Made by a program: the position numbers and the translations under genes
Shown: positions 1 to 10,833 of the stretch, piece after piece
Layout of the letters: each line of letters starts with the position of its first letter
Position numbering within the stretch: position 1 is the stretch's first letter
Source of the DNA: Candidatus Thorarchaeota archaeon
GTDB taxonomy: Archaea; Asgardarchaeota; Thorarchaeia; Thorarchaeales; Thorarchaeaceae
Direction: 5' to 3'
Assembly: GCA_029855935.1 (NCBI GenBank)
Contig: JAGSHN010000028.1
Span: 1 to 61,296 of the forward strand
DNA: 61,296 bases
Notes under the pieces: model-generated
What the model was told of the DNA's origin: nothing
What the model saw: the letters and a program-made list of their open reading frames with translations, nothing else
Databases searched by the model: none

Positions 1-432
1 GACGGCGTCAGTCTGATCTTCGTCTGGTCTCTGAGTTCTCTCGCCCCCGGCCAGGAACAGGTGTTCATTGTGAAGTACGAGTTTCCTGTCTCCCTCGGAG
101 CGAACGGGGGTCAGTCGCTGACCTTCTCCCCACTGGCTGCAGGTGTCATCGGCCTGGTCGCCGGCGCGGTGTTGATGTTCTTGGTTCCGCGTGCGTGGCG
201 AGTATTCGTGGAGAGACGACGAGTGAAGTTGGTGGGCATCACCGATGAGGAGAGGGAGATACTTGAGATAGTGGAGCGCAAGGGCGGCTCGTGTCCGCAG
301 AAGGAGCTCTACGAGGTGATGAACGTGTCACAGGCGAAGATCAGTCTGCTACTGAAGGGGCTTGAGTCTCGTGGGCTCATCCGCCGGCTCCGGGAGGGAC
401 GTGAGAACATAGTCTACCTCCTTGAGGAGTAG
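1..432 (+). CDS. Membrane-anchored protein with C-terminal winged HTH (COG2512-like), 5'-truncated
   Basis: Frame 1 is open from base 1. TM segment (LAAGVIGLVAGAVLMFLV) is followed by wHTH EEREILEIV..GG..QKEL..SQAKISLLLKGLESRGLI.R.REGRENIVYL. Confidence 0.75.
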   Translation, partial: DGVSLIFVWSLSSLAPGQEQVFIVKYEFPVSLGANGGQSLTFSPLAAGVIGLVAGAVLMFLVPRAWRVFVERRRVKLVGITDEEREILEIVERKGGSCPQKELYEVMNVSQAKISLLLKGLESRGLIRRLREGRENIVYLLEE

Positions 433-449
433 ACACTCACGGGACAGTA

Positions 450-455
450 TTTATA
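450..455 (+). promoter_or_regulatory. Putative TATA box of the mutase operon
   Basis: TTTATA in the intergenic gap. GAGGTG SD-like motif at 493-498. Confidence 0.45.
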
Positions 456-497
456 TCCGTCACGCAGGTCACTCACACCCAAACACCCTGATGAGGT

Positions 498-905
498 GTG
501 TTCTTGAGTCCATCGAGAAAGATACGAGTCCTCATAGCAAAGCCGGGTCTGGACGGACACGACCGTGGCGCAAAGGTAGTGGCCCGTGCGCTCCGGGACG
601 CGGGGATGGAGGTCATCTACACCGGTCTGCGCCAGACCCCGGAGATGATTGTGCGAGCTGCCATTGACGAGTCTGTGGACGTCATTGGTCTGAGCATCCT
701 CAGTGGTGCTCATATGGCCCTGTTTCCGAGAGTGATGGAGCTCCTCAGGAAGGAGGGTGCTGACGACATCCTCGTCATCGGCGGCGGCATCATACCGGAG
801 GACGACATCCCCGAGTTGAAGAAGCACGGCATCGCGGAGATCTTCGGCCCGGGAACGCCTCTTGACGAGATTGTGGACTATATACGCAAACACGTCAAGG
901 TCTAG
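498..905 (+). CDS. Methylmalonyl-CoA mutase, cobalamin-binding small subunit
   Basis: DGHDRG (DxHxxG) B12 motif, SILSGAH, GGGIIP. True start may be TTG at 504. Confidence 0.95.
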   Translation: MFLSPSRKIRVLIAKPGLDGHDRGAKVVARALRDAGMEVIYTGLRQTPEMIVRAAIDESVDVIGLSILSGAHMALFPRVMELLRKEGADDILVIGGGIIPEDDIPELKKHGIAEIFGPGTPLDEIVDYIRKHVKV

Positions 906-925
906 ACACAAAGAGGACACAGACA

Positions 926-1912
926 TTGCGCGTCGAGGACTTGGTGAGGGGTGTTCTTGAGGGCAAGAGACGTCCTCTGGCAAGACTCATCACTATGATA
1001 GAGAACGAGGACCCCCAGGCCAGCGAGGCGCTGAGACTACTGTATCGGCACACTGGTCGCGCCCACATTATCGGGATAACTGGGCCGCCCGGTTCGGGAA
1101 AGAGCACCTTGGTCACCAGAATGACTGCTGAGTACCGACGACGAGGTCGGACAGTGGGGATTGTGGCCGTTGATCCCTCCAGTCCGTTCTCTGGAGGCGC
1201 ACTTCTCGGCGATCGCATCAGGATGCAGGAGCACAGTCTTGATGAGGGCGTCTTTGTCCGCAGTATGGGAACGCGCGGCCATCTCGGTGGCATAGCAAGG
1301 GCGACCTCGGATGTTGTTCGAGCGATTGACGCCTCGGGAAAGGATGTCATCATAGTCGAGACGGTGGGTGCGGGGCAGTCCGAGGTCGAGATCATCGACA
1401 TTGCGCACACGGTCGTTGTAGTCGATGTCCCGGGGAGCGGCGATGATATACAGGCTATCAAGGCTGGGATAATGGAGATTGCAGACATCTTCGTCGTCAA
1501 CAAGATGGACCTCCCGGGCGCTGACAGGAAGGTGTCCGAGATCAACGCTATGCTGGACCTCGACCAGAAGATGGGCGAGTGGCGCCCTCCTGTACTCCTC
1601 ACCAACGGTCGTACTGGTGAGGGCGTTCCCGAGCTAGTGGACAAGATTGACGAGCATATGGTCTTTCTCCGCGAGAGCGGTCTGCTGGAGGAGAAGGGCC
1701 TTCAGCGCAGCCGTGACGAGCTTCACCAGATAATGGAGTATCGTCTCACCCGCGAGCTTCTACAGCATCTTCGTGGCAGGCCGGAGTACGAGCGGGCCAT
1801 CAAGATGATTGCCCAGCGCCATGACGACCCCTACAGCGTGGCCCAGCGCCTGATTGCGGAGTTCCTTGTCGAACTGAGCAGAAGCGGTGGCGGTGATGAA
1901 GATGGTGGATGA
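926..1912 (+). CDS. meaB: MeaB/ArgK GTPase chaperone of methylmalonyl-CoA mutase
   Basis: [42 protein letters not shown]. Confidence 0.95.
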   Translation: MRVEDLVRGVLEGKRRPLARLITMIENEDPQASEALRLLYRHTGRAHIIGITGPPGSGKSTLVTRMTAEYRRRGRTVGIVAVDPSSPFSGGALLGDRIRMQEHSLDEGVFVRSMGTRGHLGGIARATSDVVRAIDASGKDVIIVETVGAGQSEVEIIDIAHTVVVVDVPGSGDDIQAIKAGIMEIADIFVVNKMDLPGADRKVSEINAMLDLDQKMGEWRPPVLLTNGRTGEGVPELVDKIDEHMVFLRESGLLEEKGLQRSRDELHQIMEYRLTRELLQHLRGRPEYERAIKMIAQRHDDPYSVAQRLIAEFLVELSRSGGGDEDGG

Positions 1913-3581
1913 GGAGGAGAGACGTGAGATTCAGAGTGCACTTGAGGCATGGGAGAAGGGTCCGGTCGCCAAGACCGTCAGTCGTTTTCCGGAGCGGAGG
2001 GAGGCCTTCGCAACGCCCTCCGGGATTACTGTGAAACGTCTCTATACGCCTCTTGATGTTGACTCCTTGAAGTACAACCGCGATCTCGGCTTCCCTGGCG
2101 CGTACCCCTTCACACGTGGTGTCCAGCCAACTATGTACCGTGGTCGGCTGTGGACTATGCGACAGTACAGCGGCTTCGCAACAGCAAGGGAGACCAACGA
2201 GCGGTTCAGGTATCTTCTCGAACAGGGTCAGACGGGTCTCTCGGTCGCATTCGACCTTCCCACGCAGATTGGCTATGACTCAGATCATCCAATGGCGCGT
2301 GGCGAGGTGGGAAAGGTCGGCGTCGCAATCGACTCTCTCGCCGATATGGAGGTCCTCTTTGACTCAATCCCTCTCGACCGCGTCAGCACGTCTATGACGA
2401 TCAACGCCCCTGCTGCGGTCCTTCTCGCGATGTACATAGCCGTCGCCGAGAAGCAGGGGGTGCCTATGGAGAAGCTTCGGGGGACAATTCAGAACGACAT
2501 CCTGAAGGAGTATGTGGCCCGCGGGACGTACATCTTCCCTCCGCAAGAGTCTATGAGGCTGATCACTGACATATTCAAGTTCTGCTCCGAGAAGATGCCT
2601 CTGTGGAACACCATCTCAATCTCGGGCTATCACATCCGTGAGGCCGGCTCGACGGCCGTGCAAGAGGTCGCGTTCACCCTTGCTGATGGTATTGCCTATG
2701 TACAGGCAGCCATCGATGCAGGCCTCGATGTTGACAAGTTCGCCTCGAGACTCTCATTCTTCTTCGGTTCGCACAGCAACTTCTTCGAGGAGGTCGCAAA
2801 GTTCAGGGCAGCGCGACGGCTGTGGGCAAGGATCATGCGGGAACGATTCGGTGCGCGCGAGGACCGGTCGTGCAGAATGAGGTTTCACACACAGACCGCC
2901 GGATGCACGCTCACAGCACAGCAGCCTGAGAACAATGTCGTCCGTGTCACCCTCCAAGCGCTGCAGGCGGTGCTCGGTGGGACTCAGTCTCTTCACACCA
3001 ACTCGCGTGATGAGGCTCTCTCGCTCCCGACGGAGGAGTCAGTTCGAATCGCACTGCGCACCCAGCAGATAATTGCCTTTGAGACGGGCGTGACCGACAC
3101 GGTCGACCCGCTGGCGGGCTCGTACTTCATCGAGAGCCTCACCGACGAGATTGAGCGCCGCGCGATGGAGTACATCAAGAAGATTGACGAGATGGGTGGT
3201 GCCCCCCGCGCCATTGAGAAGGGATTCATTCAGCGGGAGATAACGCAGAGCGCGTACGAGCATCAGCGTCTTGTTGACAGCGGCGAGAGGGTCGTTGTGG
3301 GAGTCAACAAGTTCGTCATAGAGGAGGGCCATACCTTTGACTACATGCGCGTCGACCCCGAGGCTGAGAGACGACAGATAGAACGTGTCCGCAGCGTCCG
3401 TGCCTCTCGTGACCAGTCCGCCGTGGACGATGCACTTGCCGCGCTACGTGCGGCTGCTGAGGGGACTGACAACCTGATGCCCTTCATCTTGGACGCTGTC
3501 CGTGCCTACGCGACTCTCGGGGAGATCTGTGATGTGCTCCGAGGTGTCTTTGGGGAGTATCGTGCCCCTGATGTCCTGTAG
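1887..3581 (+). CDS. Methylmalonyl-CoA mutase, substrate-binding large subunit
   Basis: [57 protein letters not shown]. Start is more likely ATG 1896 or 1902. Confidence 0.95.
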   Translation: MAVMKMVDEEERREIQSALEAWEKGPVAKTVSRFPERREAFATPSGITVKRLYTPLDVDSLKYNRDLGFPGAYPFTRGVQPTMYRGRLWTMRQYSGFATARETNERFRYLLEQGQTGLSVAFDLPTQIGYDSDHPMARGEVGKVGVAIDSLADMEVLFDSIPLDRVSTSMTINAPAAVLLAMYIAVAEKQGVPMEKLRGTIQNDILKEYVARGTYIFPPQESMRLITDIFKFCSEKMPLWNTISISGYHIREAGSTAVQEVAFTLADGIAYVQAAIDAGLDVDKFASRLSFFFGSHSNFFEEVAKFRAARRLWARIMRERFGAREDRSCRMRFHTQTAGCTLTAQQPENNVVRVTLQALQAVLGGTQSLHTNSRDEALSLPTEESVRIALRTQQIIAFETGVTDTVDPLAGSYFIESLTDEIERRAMEYIKKIDEMGGAPRAIEKGFIQREITQSAYEHQRLVDSGERVVVGVNKFVIEEGHTFDYMRVDPEAERRQIERVRSVRASRDQSAVDDALAALRAAAEGTDNLMPFILDAVRAYATLGEICDVLRGVFGEYRAPDVL

Positions 3582-3594
3582 ATGAGATAACGAG

Positions 3595-4014
3595 GTGAGA
3601 GTGTTGGCTGTGAAAAAGATCGACCATGTGGGTATCGCGGTCAGCAGCATAGACGAGGTGCTGCCGTACTATCGAGATGTCCTCGGCCTGAAGTTTCTGG
3701 GAGAGGAGGTCATCACCGAGCAGAAGGTGAGGGTTGCTTTTCTCGGGATTGGTGAGAGCCGGATAGAGCTGCTTGAGCCAACGTCCGATGACAGCCCGAT
3801 ATCAAAGTTCCTTGAGAAGCGCGGTGGTGGAATACACCACATTGCCATCCTGGTCGACGACATAGACAGAGCCCTTGAGGCACACCGGAGTGAGGGGCGT
3901 CGTCTCATCGATGAGAAGCCACGTGCCGGTGCTCACGGGATGAGAATTGCCTTCGTCCATCCGAAAGCCGCCTCGGGTGTACTCCTTGAGCTCTGTGAGC
4001 GCAAGACGGAGTAG
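3595..4014 (+). CDS. mce: Methylmalonyl-CoA epimerase
   Basis: IDHVGIAV, IELLEP, GIHHIA, FVHPK, GVLLEL; VOC fold; operon context. Confidence 0.93.
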   Translation: MRVLAVKKIDHVGIAVSSIDEVLPYYRDVLGLKFLGEEVITEQKVRVAFLGIGESRIELLEPTSDDSPISKFLEKRGGGIHHIAILVDDIDRALEAHRSEGRRLIDEKPRAGAHGMRIAFVHPKAASGVLLELCERKTE

Positions 4015-4065
4015 ACCTCGCGGACAAGTAGATGAGCGACGCGTGGGCGGCGCAACACAGCAGTG

Positions 4066-5118
4066 TCATCTCCGGCCGGCAGCACTGAGTACCTCACTGA
4101 TCACATCGGCCGTGTACAGTACGTCATCTCTACTCACCATTCTGTTCAACACGAACCGAATCCTCGACCCGTACTCGCCGTAGACAAGAACGCCTCTCTC
4201 TCTGAGCCTGGCTGCAAACTCGGGGGCGGTGATGTTGAAGTTGTCCAGCTGGATGAACACAATGTTCGTTTCTGGCTCATCGACCAGCAGACCCTCTATC
4301 TCTGCCAGCCTTGAGTACAGCAGGCGTGCATTCTCATGGTCCTCCTTGAGGCGGTCGACCATCTTCTCCAGCGCAACAATACACGGTGCTGCAATGATTC
4401 CTGCCTGCCTCATTCCCCCGCCGAGCTTCTTCCTTGTCCGCAGTGCCTCGTGAATGAACTCCCGGGTCCCAGCAACCACCGAACCCACCGGGGCGGACAG
4501 GCCCTTGCTGAAGCATATCTGCACAGAGTCCACCTCTCTCACCAGCCTACTCGCCGGTAGTCCAAGGGCCACTGCTGCATTGAACAGTCGTGCACCGTCA
4601 CAGTGGACGATCAGCCCGTGGTCGTGGGCAACCCGCGCCAGTGCGTCAACTTGGTCAGGCCTTATGATGGTACCACCCGCATAGTTGTGTGTGTTCTCCA
4701 CAACGACCATCGCGGTGCGTGCGTAGTGCGGATTATCCGGACTGATTGCGCGCTCCAGAGTCTCGGGGAGAATGTACCCTCTGACCCCATCGACGGGCTT
4801 TGGAAACAGGCCTCCCAGCGAGGCCATTGCTCCCGCCTCGAAGAGGAACGTGTGTGACCTGCGCTCGACCACGACCTCATCACCGCGTCGTGTCTGTGAG
4901 AGAAGCGAGACGACGTTCCCCTGTGTGCCGGATGTCACAAGGAGCGCAGCCTCCTTTCCGAGGGCTCGAGCGGCCTTCTCTTGAAGCTCGTTCACGACCT
5001 CATCCTCGCCCGCGACGTCATCACCGAGGCGACCCTGGTGGTAGGCCTCGACTATTGCCTGTATCATCTCATCTGTCGGCTGCGTGAACGTGTCACTGCG
5101 GAGCTCGATCATTCTCAT
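4066..5118 (-). CDS. ltaE: Low-specificity L-threonine aldolase (PLP)
   Basis: ELRSDT, SGTQGN, ENTHN, HCDGARLFNA, CFSKGLSAPVGS, GGGMRQAG. Confidence 0.92.
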   Translation of the reverse strand: MRMIELRSDTFTQPTDEMIQAIVEAYHQGRLGDDVAGEDEVVNELQEKAARALGKEAALLVTSGTQGNVVSLLSQTRRGDEVVVERRSHTFLFEAGAMASLGGLFPKPVDGVRGYILPETLERAISPDNPHYARTAMVVVENTHNYAGGTIIRPDQVDALARVAHDHGLIVHCDGARLFNAAVALGLPASRLVREVDSVQICFSKGLSAPVGSVVAGTREFIHEALRTRKKLGGGMRQAGIIAAPCIVALEKMVDRLKEDHENARLLYSRLAEIEGLLVDEPETNIVFIQLDNFNITAPEFAARLRERGVLVYGEYGSRIRFVLNRMVSRDDVLYTADVISEVLSAAGRR

Positions 5119-5224
5119 ACGTGCCCGCTGGCGTGCACCCAACGATTAGGCTTTCGGTAGCAGCGCAGGTAGGAACTGTTAAAAAATCAGTGCTCTGCCC
5201 GTGGCCAGTAGGTGCGTGTCAGCG

Positions 5225-6514
5225 ATGAACGACGGCCCTAGCTATATCTCTCGAGTCCGCTCATTTGACCGGAACGGCCGTCTGTACATCCTGTCGGACA
5301 TTCTCTCCGCGTTCTATTTCGGCATATACAATGTGATATTCAATCTCTACATACTTGAGATTGGCTTTGGGGAGGACTTTCTCGGTCTTCTCTTGAGTGC
5401 TGGAATGTTCGGCACGGCTGCTGTCGCGCTCCTTGCAGGAATGGTCTCTGATAGGTACAGCCGTCGAAGAATCATCTTTATTGCTGGGACCGTGAATCTC
5501 GTATGCACGCTTGTCTTGTCGGTCGCTACCAACGGACTGATCCTGATACTCGCAGAACTCGCGTTTGGAGTGGCAGGCGCATTCTTCTACGTGGCGTGGC
5601 TTCCATACATCACAGGTCTCACGACGGACGATGAGAGGGCACATCTCTTCAGTGTGAATTCTGGACTCTCTCTCCTTGCCGTGTTCTTTGGTAATCTTGT
5701 CGGAGGATTTCTTCCCGGCCTGCTGAGTAGACTTCTCGGGACTGGCAGCTCTATGGTGATACCGTTCAGGTATACCCTCCTCCTCTGTGTGGTGTTCTTT
5801 GGCCTCAGCATTGTCGTGATTGTGCCTATGGGCCCCGACCGCTCATCGCTCACCCAGGTGCAGTCATTTGGTCTCGGCAATGTCCGGAACTGGCGGTTCC
5901 TGAAACGCTACACCGCATCAGTTGTCACAATCGGTCTCGGCGCAGGAATGATAGTCCAGTTCTTCAACATATTTTTCTCAGCCGAGGAGACCTTTGGGGC
6001 GTCTACCGAACTCATCGGTATCATATTCGGGCTGAACACACTCGTTCTCGCCACAGGCAACTTTGTGGCTCCCGTGCTGTCAGACCGGCTGGGAAAGGTG
6101 AGGACAGTGGCGGTGACGGAGCTACTCTCAATCCCCTTCCTTCTCCTCATTGCGTGGTCGCCCGTACTTGAGGTCGCGGTCTTCGCCTACGTGATGCGTT
6201 CTGCACTGATGAATATGGCCGGACCAGTGGTTCAGGCGTTCTTCATGGAGCAGCTTGCAGAGGAGGAACGCTCCACTGCCTCAGGACTGCTCACGAGTGC
6301 TGACTCTGTGGCTCGGGGTGTGGCGTCTAACATCGGTGGCACTCTGCTGGCAATGGGCCTCTACCGGCTACCCTATGTCATTGTGTCTGGGCTGTACCTC
6401 CTCGGAGTCGCCCAGTTCTACTACTTCTTCCGTCATGAGGAGCGCAGGGGTGCCTATCCCGAGGTAGACGTTGTCGTGGTCTCGGAGCCGGAGACGGGGA
6501 CCGACATCACATAG
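5225..6514 (+). CDS. MFS transporter
   Basis: About 12 hydrophobic segments; motif A (GMVSDRYSRR, LSDRLGKVR). Confidence 0.88.
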   Translation: MNDGPSYISRVRSFDRNGRLYILSDILSAFYFGIYNVIFNLYILEIGFGEDFLGLLLSAGMFGTAAVALLAGMVSDRYSRRRIIFIAGTVNLVCTLVLSVATNGLILILAELAFGVAGAFFYVAWLPYITGLTTDDERAHLFSVNSGLSLLAVFFGNLVGGFLPGLLSRLLGTGSSMVIPFRYTLLLCVVFFGLSIVVIVPMGPDRSSLTQVQSFGLGNVRNWRFLKRYTASVVTIGLGAGMIVQFFNIFFSAEETFGASTELIGIIFGLNTLVLATGNFVAPVLSDRLGKVRTVAVTELLSIPFLLLIAWSPVLEVAVFAYVMRSALMNMAGPVVQAFFMEQLAEEERSTASGLLTSADSVARGVASNIGGTLLAMGLYRLPYVIVSGLYLLGVAQFYYFFRHEERRGAYPEVDVVVVSEPETGTDIT

Positions 6515-6609
6515 GATGGCGGTAGGTGGTTGGCCCAACGGGGCCTGGTGAGTTACAAACTGTGGCTCAGCCGTCGAAAGGGCGGATCCCTGCGTGCGGT
6601 ATTCCTATG

Positions 6610-7443
6610 TCACTTCGGGTAGATCTGGGCCGCACGCTTCACTATCTCCTCGTCCGCGGGAAACAGTAGTGGGATGGACGTGTAGGAGGGGACCTGACAG
6701 GGATTGCCCTTGGCCACATGGACGACGACCTTTGGCCTTGTACTGTCCTGTGCGTGATCGACCTCGATGACATAGCTCATAGCAGTGAATGGAGTACCGT
6801 CCCCCTCAGGATGCATACAGATGCTGGCCTGCCCCTTCGCCTCGCCGTGATCCCTCAACAGGTCGAACACGTCCTTTACGTTGTCCACTCTCCTGATGAG
6901 CTCGTAGCCACGGTCGAGTCGTTTCACAGACGCATCGTAGAAGTTGGGGCCGAACCTTGAGGTGTACTGCCTCACCTCATCCTCGGTGTCAAGCATGATG
7001 TGATGGCTACTGCGCAGAACCTTCTTTGGTGACCACTCGATGTTGTGTTGCTCGCCCGCAAGCTCTACCACAAGGGCGCTGTCGCTGTCGGCAAGTATCA
7101 GATTCCCCCATTGATACTTCCGGCCTGTCCTCAGGTGGTCCTCCACCATTGCCAGTGCGTCCTCAGCGTCCTTTGCGAACATCAATATCTGTTCTGTCAG
7201 AACGTGGTAGGAGGGCTCCTGTGTCGACATCACGTGGGTGTTTGCTGCCACGAGTCCGTAGCGATTCACTCCAACTGCGATACCGCTCACCTGTCCGGTC
7301 ACAGGATCGATTCCCTTGATGCCAAACGCGTCCACGTCGTAGAACAGCTCGTCACTGTGGGCGGATGTTGTGAGGTCCCGGTTCTTGAAGAGCACAGTCT
7401 TCTCGAGCTCAGGAAGTATCACGGCACCAGCAAGGCTAGTCAT
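6610..7443 (-). CDS. Ntn-hydrolase-fold protein (peptidase C45-like) lacking the N-terminal Cys
   Basis: LFKNRD, GVNRYGLVAAN, GNLILAD..A.VVE, SICMH, GNPC pattern. Confidence 0.65.
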   Translation of the reverse strand: MTSLAGAVILPELEKTVLFKNRDLTTSAHSDELFYDVDAFGIKGIDPVTGQVSGIAVGVNRYGLVAANTHVMSTQEPSYHVLTEQILMFAKDAEDALAMVEDHLRTGRKYQWGNLILADSDSALVVELAGEQHNIEWSPKKVLRSSHHIMLDTEDEVRQYTSRFGPNFYDASVKRLDRGYELIRRVDNVKDVFDLLRDHGEAKGQASICMHPEGDGTPFTAMSYVIEVDHAQDSTRPKVVVHVAKGNPCQVPSYTSIPLLFPADEEIVKRAAQIYPK

Positions 7444-7550
7444 TTATTCGCACCGTCAGAAGGGTATTTTATCCGCTATATGATGTTATCTGTGGTCTAG
7501 TTTGCTGTGGCCACGCGGGTGAGATATGATGACCGGGAGGCCTGATCTCA

Positions 7551-8333
7551 ATGGACCTAGATGAGGCACTGAAGAGTGTGCCTCTCACGCTGATTCGGCC
7601 TGTCGTCATCAGTGTTCCCACGACCGTTTCAACCAACACGCTGGCGCGTGACCTGTTGTCTCACGGCGAGGGGCGTGAAGGTCTGATAGTCATTGCAGAG
7701 AGCCAGTCCGGGGGTCGTGGCCGGGGCAAGAGGACCTGGCACTCACCGGGCGGAGGTCTGTATATGTCGGTGGTCCTCAGGCCATTGCCTACAGTGGAGA
7801 GGGCCCCGGTACTCAGTCTTCTGGCAGGGGTGTCCGTTGCGCAGGCAGTGGAGCAGATATCGGGTGTGCATCCTCTTCTCAAGTGGCCTAACGACATACA
7901 GTTGTGGGAACGAAAACTTGGCGGGATCTTGTCGGACCTTGTTACGGAGCCACAACCGCTGGTCATAGTTGGCATCGGGGTCAATGTGAACACTCCGTCG
8001 GCGATGTTTCCGCCTGGCATTCGAGAGACGTCTATCTCACTGATTGATGTCACCCACCATCAGCACGACATTGTCAAACTGGCAGCGACGGTCATACGTC
8101 AAATGGACCTCTTGTTGTCCAAGATCATCTCGCCGGGTGGAACCGACGGTGTACTTGAACTGTGGCGTCAGAGGTCCGCCACATTGGGCCGGAGGGTCAG
8201 AGTGAGTCTCTCGTCTGGCGAGATGGAGGGGATGGCCATCGACGTGGACTCCTCGGGGTCCCTCATTGTCCAACTCGACGATGGGTCTCTCCGCAGCATC
8301 AGCGCAGGAGAGGTCATCCACCTTCGCACCTAG
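7551..8333 (+). CDS. birA: Biotin--protein ligase
   Basis: STN, QSGGRGRGKRTW.SP.GGLYMS, LKWPND, KLGGIL, GIGVNVN. Confidence 0.95.
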   Translation: MDLDEALKSVPLTLIRPVVISVPTTVSTNTLARDLLSHGEGREGLIVIAESQSGGRGRGKRTWHSPGGGLYMSVVLRPLPTVERAPVLSLLAGVSVAQAVEQISGVHPLLKWPNDIQLWERKLGGILSDLVTEPQPLVIVGIGVNVNTPSAMFPPGIRETSISLIDVTHHQHDIVKLAATVIRQMDLLLSKIISPGGTDGVLELWRQRSATLGRRVRVSLSSGEMEGMAIDVDSSGSLIVQLDDGSLRSISAGEVIHLRT

Positions 8334-8403
8334 TGATCGGTGTGAGGAGAAGGTTCATCAGCAACTGATGTCGCCTCTCTGACAAGTCAGGTGAGGAGAA
8401 AAA

Positions 8404-9249
8404 GTGGTTGATCTCGTAGTGACGGTCGAGTCTGCACTCTTGGAGAAGGTACGTTCCGCGCTCGAGCAGGTCGCTGGCGTACGCAGGAAGAGCACCACCA
8501 ACAAGTATGAGGTATTCAGGCTGGGATGTCCGGGTGGCAGCATAGTCGCCTACACGTCTGGCAAGATTGTGGCCAATGGCCCCACTGCAGCCTCATTGCT
8601 CGCCGATGCTGTAGCCTCTCTTGGCACGGCTCAGACAGGCGTGGTTGTTGGCTCCGACGAGGCAGGCAAGGGGGAATGGCTCGGTCCGCTTGTCGTGGCT
8701 GCGGTTGCTCTTACGCCGGGCGATGCTGTCTTCCTCCGTTCTCAGGGTGTGATGGACAGCAAGCAGGTCCATCCTGCTCATCTCGCAAGGCTGGCCTCGC
8801 TGGTGGCCGAGCGCTCCCTTGCAGATGAAGTCGTTCTCATCTCCCCCTCAACATTCGAGCAGCGTCTCACGGAGATGAGAAGCGAGGGAAAGAATCTCAA
8901 CGACCTTCTCGCGTGGGCCCATACGACGGCAATCGCCAAGGTACTGAGGGTCATATCGACCGACGCGCCCGTCACGGTTGTCATTGATGAGTTCTCTCGT
9001 GAGAAGATGCATAGCCGTCTGATGCGTGCAGTTGGCCATCAGAGTCTGACGGTGATTCAGCGTCACCGTGCCGAGGACGAAGTGGCAGTTGCCGCGGCCA
9101 GCATTGTTGCACGTGCTCGACGTGAGAAGTGGATTGATGATATGTCACGGCATCTGGGCGTAGATCTGCGTCAACTCACACCTGACGATGCACTCGCCCA
9201 CCCACGGCGGTCGCTGTTTGCGAAGATATCCTATCTTCGTAGAGATTGA
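8404..9249 (+). CDS. rnhC: Ribonuclease HIII (N-terminal TBP-like domain + RNase H2 core)
   Basis: SIVAYTSGKIVANG N-domain; GSDEAGKGEWLGPLVVAAV, MDSK, IDEF, VAAASIVAR. Confidence 0.82.
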   Translation: MVDLVVTVESALLEKVRSALEQVAGVRRKSTTNKYEVFRLGCPGGSIVAYTSGKIVANGPTAASLLADAVASLGTAQTGVVVGSDEAGKGEWLGPLVVAAVALTPGDAVFLRSQGVMDSKQVHPAHLARLASLVAERSLADEVVLISPSTFEQRLTEMRSEGKNLNDLLAWAHTTAIAKVLRVISTDAPVTVVIDEFSREKMHSRLMRAVGHQSLTVIQRHRAEDEVAVAAASIVARARREKWIDDMSRHLGVDLRQLTPDDALAHPRRSLFAKISYLRRD

Positions 9250-9273
9250 CGTTCCAGTCGGTCAGCGGCTGAG

Positions 9274-9564
9274 TCAGTGTGATGAAGAGACTATCTCGCG
9301 TGTCAGCTTGAGGAGTTCCGATATCCTCGGGTCGGCGATGGTGTAGATCTTCCTCTGGCCCTCCTTCCTGTGCTTCAACACTCCCACTCTGACGAGCTGA
9401 CTGAGATACGATGACACAGTCGACTGTGCCAGCTGCACTCTCGGAAACAGTTCACACTGACATAGCTCCTCACTCAGCAACTCGTCGAGTATTCTCAGCC
9501 TCTCAGGATTGCTCAGGGCCTTGAAGAACTGCGCGCACCTCTCGATAGTCCGCTCATCGACCAA
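9274..9564 (-). CDS. arsR: ArsR/SmtB transcriptional repressor
   Basis: FKALSNPERLRIL, ELCQCEL (ELCxCDL-like As box), AQSTVS; divergent from acr3. Confidence 0.9.
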   Translation of the reverse strand: MVDERTIERCAQFFKALSNPERLRILDELLSEELCQCELFPRVQLAQSTVSSYLSQLVRVGVLKHRKEGQRKIYTIADPRISELLKLTREIVSSSH

Positions 9565-9668
9565 CGGCCAGCCTCCTGCAATTGCTATCTCTGGTGTGTG
9601 GTGATTAATAACAGTTCTGGGTTCGTGAATCTCTCAGAGATAGGATATGTTATCCCACAGGACATACA

Positions 9669-9710
9669 TGGATACATCTAAGTTTCTCTATATCCAGATA
9701 CTCTTATAAG
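9669..9710. promoter_or_regulatory. Candidate ArsR operator and TATA box of acr3
   Basis: Imperfect inverted repeat TGGATA(9669)..TATCCA(9696) next to CTTATAAG (9703-9710), about 32 nt before the acr3 ATG. Confidence 0.5.
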
Positions 9711-9741
9711 TACCCATCCGGGACCACCGCTGCGACCTGCG

Positions 9742-10827
9742 ATGACGGAATCCCCCGCAAGAGGACTTGGACGCACTGACAAGCTTCTACCGTTCTGGAT
9801 ACTGCTTGCAATGATACTCGGTGTCGGGCTTGGATATCTGTATCCAGGAATATCAACAGTGCTGAACTCGCTCAGTGTGGGTACAACATCAATACCGATT
9901 GCGATTGGGTTACTCTGGATGATGTATCCCGTGCTCGCGAAGGTCAAATACGAGAAGATTGGTGAGCTGCGGCGTGAGGGACGCTTGTTTGGTGTCTCAC
10001 TGGTGCTGAACTGGCTCATCGGTCCGCTTCTGATGTTCAGCCTTGCGTGGCTCTTTCTTGCGGACATGCCCTCGTACAGGACTGGCATAATCCTTGTCGG
10101 TCTGGCCCGCTGCATCGCAATGGTGCTCATATGGAACCTGCTCGCTGGCGGCGACAATGAGGCGTGCGCTGTTCTCGTCGCGATCAACTCGGTGATGCAG
10201 ATTCTTCTCTACAGTCTTGAGGCGTGGTTCTACATCACATTCCTCTCGTCGCTGATCAATCCTGCATCCTCGCTTGTGGTAGAGGTCTCCCCGGCGGAGG
10301 TCGCGGTCAGTGTTCTGATATTCCTTGGCATACCACTCTTTGCCGGAATTATCACACGTGCCGTTCTCCTCAGCAAGAGGGGTGCCGAGTGGTATGACAC
10401 GGAGTTCGCACCACGACTGGGCCCTGCGGCACTCATCGGCCTTCTGTACACAATCGTCATAATGTTCTCGTTGAAGGGCGAGACAATCGTGACTCTCCCG
10501 TTCGACGTGGCGAGAATCTCACTGCCGCTCGTATCGTACTTCGTGCTGATGTTCGTATTCTCCTTCGGAATATCGTACGCACTGAGGTTCTCGTACGAGA
10601 AGAATGTCACAATATCCTTCACTGCCGCTTCGAACAACTTCGAGCTGGCAATAGCCGTCGCTGTGGGCGTGTTCGGCATCAGCTCGGGGGAGGCCCTCGC
10701 CGCAGTGGTGGGTCCGCTCATCGAGGTCCCGGTCCTTGTCAGCCTTGTCTACGTGTCCATATGGCTCGGTCGGCACCTGTACGGTCACGGTCGTCCGGCG
10801 ACGGAGGGCCAGTCGTCTGCAGAGTAG
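9742..10827 (+). CDS. acr3: Arsenite efflux transporter Acr3
   Basis: GLLWMMYPVLAKV, LNWLIGP, GLARCIAMV, AASNNFELAIAVA, GPLIEVP. Confidence 0.95.
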   Translation: MTESPARGLGRTDKLLPFWILLAMILGVGLGYLYPGISTVLNSLSVGTTSIPIAIGLLWMMYPVLAKVKYEKIGELRREGRLFGVSLVLNWLIGPLLMFSLAWLFLADMPSYRTGIILVGLARCIAMVLIWNLLAGGDNEACAVLVAINSVMQILLYSLEAWFYITFLSSLINPASSLVVEVSPAEVAVSVLIFLGIPLFAGIITRAVLLSKRGAEWYDTEFAPRLGPAALIGLLYTIVIMFSLKGETIVTLPFDVARISLPLVSYFVLMFVFSFGISYALRFSYEKNVTISFTAASNNFELAIAVAVGVFGISSGEALAAVVGPLIEVPVLVSLVYVSIWLGRHLYGHGRPATEGQSSAE

Positions 10828-10833
10828 TGGGTA

